Source: Candidatus Saccharimonadales bacterium
GTDB lineage: Bacteria; Patescibacteriota; Saccharimonadia; Saccharimonadales; OMJO01
NCBI GenBank assembly: GCA_038216175.1
Contig: JBBQQG010000003.1
Span: 450-64,449 of the forward strand
Direction: 5' to 3'
Length of the DNA stretch: 64,000 bases
The translations under genes were made by a program, and so were the position numbers. A model generated the notes under the pieces. That model was not told the DNA's origin, ran no database searches, and was given only the letters and a program-made list of their open reading frames with translations. Below, in pieces: positions 59,801 through 64,000 of the stretch. The stretch's first letter is position 1, and the number at the start of each line of letters is the position of its first letter.

Positions 59801-60130
59801 ATGAACCCAAACGAACCATTTAACCCAGGACAACCTTCAGTTGATCCGCCCGCTGCACCGTCAGATCCAAGCATTGAGCAGCCAGTAAGCAGCCCACCAG
59901 CAATGTCATCTGACCCTGTTATTTCACCACAACCAGAACCGGAGCAGGAGCCAGTTGTAAACTCATCTGAAAATTTACCGGTAGTAGATAATGAGCCGGC
60001 TAGTCAAGTTACGCCGCAAGTACAAAGCGAACCACCGCAAGATGACTCTAGCCAAAATGTAGTTACGCCTCCTCAAGTCGAGCAGGATCAAAACTCTACG
60101 GCTCCTGAAGTAAACGATCAAGCTTTATAG
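59801..60130 (+). CDS. Pro/Gln/Ser-rich disordered small protein
   Basis: GAGG RBS; upstream TTGACT..TATAAAAT promoter-like sequence. Confidence 0.65.
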   Translation: MNPNEPFNPGQPSVDPPAAPSDPSIEQPVSSPPAMSSDPVISPQPEPEQEPVVNSSENLPVVDNEPASQVTPQVQSEPPQDDSSQNVVTPPQVEQDQNSTAPEVNDQAL

Positions 60131-60300
60131 TTAAAACGTTAGGCTTATCTGATTTCGCCGTTTTTTAATAGCATGGTCTATTTATTGACAAACGTTGTAA
60201 ATATTGCTATAGTAAATTTATGATTATTTTAAGTTTTATACAAAAAAGCAATTAAGTACTGCAGCAAGAATAAGTTTATTAATAGTATAATAAATAAACC

Positions 60301-62499
60301 ATGGCCAAAAAGAAAAAACGTTCAAAATCAAGAAAGAAAATAGATGTAGTCGACGCTGGAGAGCGTTCTGCTTTTTGGCCTTTATCAGGCGCAATTCTTA
60401 TGATCGTGCTAGCACTTTTTTTACTGCTAGGCGGTTTTGGCACAGGCGGCCCGTTGCCAAAGAAAATGTTTGCCGGTACTTATTGGGCACTAGGGTGGGC
60501 AGCCTATCTGGTTCCGATAGCACTTGTATATTTCGGAATACATAAGTTTAAAAGCGAAGATCGAAAAATTCCACTAGGTAAATTTTTTAGTATGTTAGCG
60601 CTACTTCTGTTAGCAGGTAGCTGGTCCCAAGTAGCTTTTGTAAATAAACAGTCAGACGTTTTCATCGGTGGACATGGTGGCACAATCGGTAAACTAGTCG
60701 GAGGTATAGTTCTTGGAGCGTTAGACAAAATTCCAGCTTCAATATTATTTTTTGTTCTCATGATCCTGGCTTTTTTCTTAACTTTTGGTATTTCGCCTAA
60801 AGTTTTGTTAAAAGTCTTTCAGATATTTAGACGAGAACGACCGGAAGACACAGATCTTGCCGACTTAAAAGCTGGAGCTAGCGAAAATGGCTTTAAACTT
60901 AATGAAGGGGTACCAGTTGAACATTACTCTGAGCGTGATAAAGCAAGGCTTAGTAGTTTTCGAAACAGTGCTCAGAAACTTACAACAGCTGATAATCATG
61001 TTGCACTAACTACCGCTAGTGATCCGGATTGGAAATTTCCAGAAGTAAACTTGCTTGATCAGAAACAGGATAAAGCTGATGCCGGAGACGTCGAAGGGAA
61101 TGCTGAAGCTATCAAAGAAACTTTCGCAAATTTCAATATTGATGTTGAAATGGAGGGTGCAAATATCGGTCCGCGGGTGACACAGTACACGCTTAAACCG
61201 CCGACCGGAGTTAAACTGACTAAAATAACTGCATTAGAAAATAATTTATCATTAGATCTAGCCGCGCACTCTATTCGAATGGAGGCTCCTATACCAGGCA
61301 AGAGACTTGTCGGAATTGAGGTTCCTAACGTCAAGCCGGCAATAGTCAGAATCAGTTCGCTACTTCAAAGCCACGACTGGCAACAACTAACAAACAGTCC
61401 CTTAGGGTTTGTAATAGGGAAGGATATAGCAGGTGCTCCAGTAGTAGCTGACTTAGCAAAGATGCCCCATATTTTAATTGCCGGTCAAACTGGCTCGGGA
61501 AAGTCGATTATGATTAATACCATACTGACAAGCTTGCTTTATCATAATAGTCCGGCTGATTTAAAGTTGATTCTAGTTGATCCGAAACAGGTCGAACTGA
61601 CGCCTTACAACGATATCCCGCATCTATTAACGCCAGTGATACACGAACCTGAAAAATGTATCAGTGCACTTAAATGGGCGGTTGCAGAAATGGAAAGGCG
61701 GCTTCGGGCAATGGCGGAAGTCGGACGTCGAAATATCGCTGAGTATAATAACCTTAAAAAAGAAGAAGGCATGCCGTATATCGTTATTGTAATCGATGAG
61801 CTGGCAGATTTAATGATGATGGCCGCCAGAGATGTAGAGTCGCTGGTCGTAAGGCTGGCTCAAAAAGCTAGGGCGGCAGGTATCCATCTAGTGCTGGCTA
61901 CTCAAAGACCAAGTGTAGACGTAATAACTGGTCTTATTAAAGCAAACGTACCAGCCAGGATTGCATTTACTACAGCCCAGCAAGTAGATTCACGAACAAT
62001 CATAGATCAAATAGGAGCTGAAAAATTACTCGGTTCCGGCGATATGCTGCTACTGACAGCCGATATGCCAAAACCAAAACGTGTCCAAGGCGCATTTATT
62101 GCCGATGCTGAAACACTTAAAGTAAACGATTTCTTAAGAATGCAAAGGCCACCTCAGTACGATGATGAAATTATTAGCCAACCAGTCCAATTAAACGGTC
62201 GGGGCGGGATTGTTGCAGAAATAGACAGCAGCGATGAACCAATTTTCAGAGATGCGGTAAGAGTTGTCGTCGAAGCACATAAAGCAAGCACCAGCTTGCT
62301 TCAGCGAAGACTAAGGATAGGTTACGGTAAAGCTGCCAGACTTATCGAAAGTATGGAAGAACAAGGTATAGTCGGCCCAGCTGACGGCTCGCGACCAAGA
62401 GAAGTATTAGTAAGTTCGGTCGATGCTGTATTCGGTGGCGATAGCCATGAGCCTGATGTCTATGATGATATGCCGGACGAACCTGCAACGGACGAATAG
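60301..62499 (+). CDS. ftsK: DNA translocase FtsK
   Basis: N-terminal TMs, AGQTGSGKS, IDELADLM, ATQRPS, gamma domain LQRRLRIGY. Confidence 0.96.
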   Translation: MAKKKKRSKSRKKIDVVDAGERSAFWPLSGAILMIVLALFLLLGGFGTGGPLPKKMFAGTYWALGWAAYLVPIALVYFGIHKFKSEDRKIPLGKFFSMLALLLLAGSWSQVAFVNKQSDVFIGGHGGTIGKLVGGIVLGALDKIPASILFFVLMILAFFLTFGISPKVLLKVFQIFRRERPEDTDLADLKAGASENGFKLNEGVPVEHYSERDKARLSSFRNSAQKLTTADNHVALTTASDPDWKFPEVNLLDQKQDKADAGDVEGNAEAIKETFANFNIDVEMEGANIGPRVTQYTLKPPTGVKLTKITALENNLSLDLAAHSIRMEAPIPGKRLVGIEVPNVKPAIVRISSLLQSHDWQQLTNSPLGFVIGKDIAGAPVVADLAKMPHILIAGQTGSGKSIMINTILTSLLYHNSPADLKLILVDPKQVELTPYNDIPHLLTPVIHEPEKCISALKWAVAEMERRLRAMAEVGRRNIAEYNNLKKEEGMPYIVIVIDELADLMMMAARDVESLVVRLAQKARAAGIHLVLATQRPSVDVITGLIKANVPARIAFTTAQQVDSRTIIDQIGAEKLLGSGDMLLLTADMPKPKRVQGAFIADAETLKVNDFLRMQRPPQYDDEIISQPVQLNGRGGIVAEIDSSDEPIFRDAVRVVVEAHKASTSLLQRRLRIGYGKAARLIESMEEQGIVGPADGSRPREVLVSSVDAVFGGDSHEPDVYDDMPDEPATDE

Positions 62500-62573
62500 C
62501 TGCTAATACTTGAAGCACAAGCGTTGACTTGATATAGTTACCTCTGTTGGTACTAATGTATGGAATATAAAAA

Positions 62574-64000
62574 ATGACATCTGATAACCGGCCCAAATTA
62601 CCAAATTTTCGATTGATATGGAAATTGCAGGTATTGGCAGTAGTCGGTTTCGCAGTTTTTCTCGGAGTTTATTTTCAATTTAGCTCTAAAGCTTTCACTG
62701 GTCATCACGAGGCTTGTTTACAGCTCGCACCCAGTACTACTAATATCGCAGTAGGCGGGCAACTGGGCGCCGTAGTTCGGCTTTATAATAACGGTACAAG
62801 TACGTGGTCATCACAGTACGGCTTTTTTATGATCATACCTAATGATCCTAACAATCAGTGGAATATCAAAGGCAACACTATGGGAAATAACGTTATCGGA
62901 CCAGGCGGCACGATAACGTTTAATCTTACGTTGAATGCTCCGTCTTCACCTGGCAACTATCTGCTTGATGCCCAAATGGCAATCGTATTACAGGGCGGAT
63001 TAAATAATAAATGTTCAGCAGACGGCCAAGCAAAGACTATTCATGTATATGCTAAGCCAACGATATCGAATTTTACCGCAAGTCCAACTACTATTTATAG
63101 GGGGTCAACATCAACACTTTCGTGGGCAAGTAACACAAGCAGCTGCCATATAAATGGATCGGCATTTGGCGGATCAGGCAGTATTTCTGTTAAACCTTCA
63201 GTGACAACTAATTATTCATTGACATGCAGTAATGCCGTTGGTAATTCACAACCGAAAAATGTATCAGTAAGTGTAGTAACGCCGCCGCCGTCAGGTGGGA
63301 GCAATAGTCCTCCCCCAACTGGTGGGGGCAATAATCCTCCACCTTCTGGTGGCGGAAGCAAACCACCTTCCGGTAGTGGAGGTACTCAGTCATCGAATTC
63401 AAATAATGGTGGATCAAATTCATCGGATAATATTTCTAATTCAGCCCAACCTACGCAGGCCGATACTTCGCAGCCATCAGATCCGGCTTTGTTTACAGGA
63501 TCTATTAATGATACTGACAAATCAGTCCAACTAAGCTGGCAACCATCAACTGATAACGTTAGTGTCGCCGGTTACAGCCTAGAGAGGTCAACTGATCAGC
63601 AGAATTGGAATTCGGTGGATGCCCATATTACCGATATTACTTACAATGATGTCAGCGTAAGTTTTGACACTACTTATTACTATCGGTTAAGGGCTTATGA
63701 CGGCGCAAATAACTACTCTAACTACGTAACAACTGATATCGCAACAAGTAATTTTCAATCGAATGTTGATCCTACCAGCGACGGTAGCGTTTCTTCCGAT
63801 GATCAACTAGCAACAGTGACTATATCGGCTGGTACGTTTGATAATCCAGCATTTTGCATTATTAATTTGTCGAAGACCAAAGATCCTCCGACTGTTAAGA
63901 ACTATAAGCTAGTTAGCGGACCGTATGAACTGGTGTGCCGAGACAAGGACGGGAAGGTTGCCGATAGTTTTAACAAATCTCTCAGTCTAGATATCCAAAC
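62574..64000 (+). CDS. Secreted multi-domain surface protein (Ig-like domains, Pro/Gly linker, fibronectin type III), 3'-truncated
   Basis: Own translation from ATG 62574: TM, NGTSTW..APSSPGNY, FTASPTTI..STLSW, PPPSGG repeats, LSWQPSTDNV..YYYRLRAYD. Confidence 0.8.
   Translation, partial: MTSDNRPKLPNFRLIWKLQVLAVVGFAVFLGVYFQFSSKAFTGHHEACLQLAPSTTNIAVGGQLGAVVRLYNNGTSTWSSQYGFFMIIPNDPNNQWNIKGNTMGNNVIGPGGTITFNLTLNAPSSPGNYLLDAQMAIVLQGGLNNKCSADGQAKTIHVYAKPTISNFTASPTTIYRGSTSTLSWASNTSSCHINGSAFGGSGSISVKPSVTTNYSLTCSNAVGNSQPKNVSVSVVTPPPSGGSNSPPPTGGGNNPPPSGGGSKPPSGSGGTQSSNSNNGGSNSSDNISNSAQPTQADTSQPSDPALFTGSINDTDKSVQLSWQPSTDNVSVAGYSLERSTDQQNWNSVDAHITDITYNDVSVSFDTTYYYRLRAYDGANNYSNYVTTDIATSNFQSNVDPTSDGSVSSDDQLATVTISAGTFDNPAFCIINLSKTKDPPTVKNYKLVSGPYELVCRDKDGKVADSFNKSLSLDIQ

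Noticed and set aside
63279-63380. Short GC-rich repeats
   Set aside because: Encode the PPPSGG linker of the surface protein; not CRISPR or a DNA repeat element
1-64000. CRISPR array, rRNA, prophage, retron/DGR, recoded stop codons
   Set aside because: Saw no regularly spaced repeats, cas, reverse transcriptase or phage structural genes; TGA is used as a normal stop

Overview
This is a 64-kb AT-rich chromosomal segment (about 38-40% GC by eye, genetic code 11). Gene content and protein style point to a Patescibacteria/CPR bacterium, most likely Ca. Saccharibacteria (inference). It is mostly housekeeping: tRNA-Arg(GCG), tRNA-Ser(CGA), valS, tsaD, murE, CIRCE-groES-groEL, pgi/pmi, argS, mscL, orn, dnaG-rpoD, a P-type ATPase, polA, mutM-holA, rpsT, truB-rpsO-pnp, udg, rnj and ftsK, interspersed with orphan surface and low-complexity proteins. 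Main observations: (1) a complete 4,485-bp IS1595-family transposon (42982-47466) with 27-bp imperfect TIRs and an exact 8-bp TSD (AGTCTTAA), carrying passenger genes including a replication-relaxation protein; (2) a translationally coupled operon of CDP-alcohol phosphatidyltransferase, PHP phosphoesterase and CarS-like synthase, a candidate minimal lipid head-group module; (3) a GC-rich, highly structured transcription unit at about 14.7-15.2 kb with inverted repeats bracketing an orphan ORF and a ~100-nt hairpin; (4) actinobacterial-type genes (TIGR03086 plus PIG-L, DGGIF-repeat surface protein, acyl-ACP desaturase remnant); (5) enzymes with substituted catalytic residues; (6) widespread leaderless-type promoters. 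All family calls come from motif recognition by eye, with no database searches.
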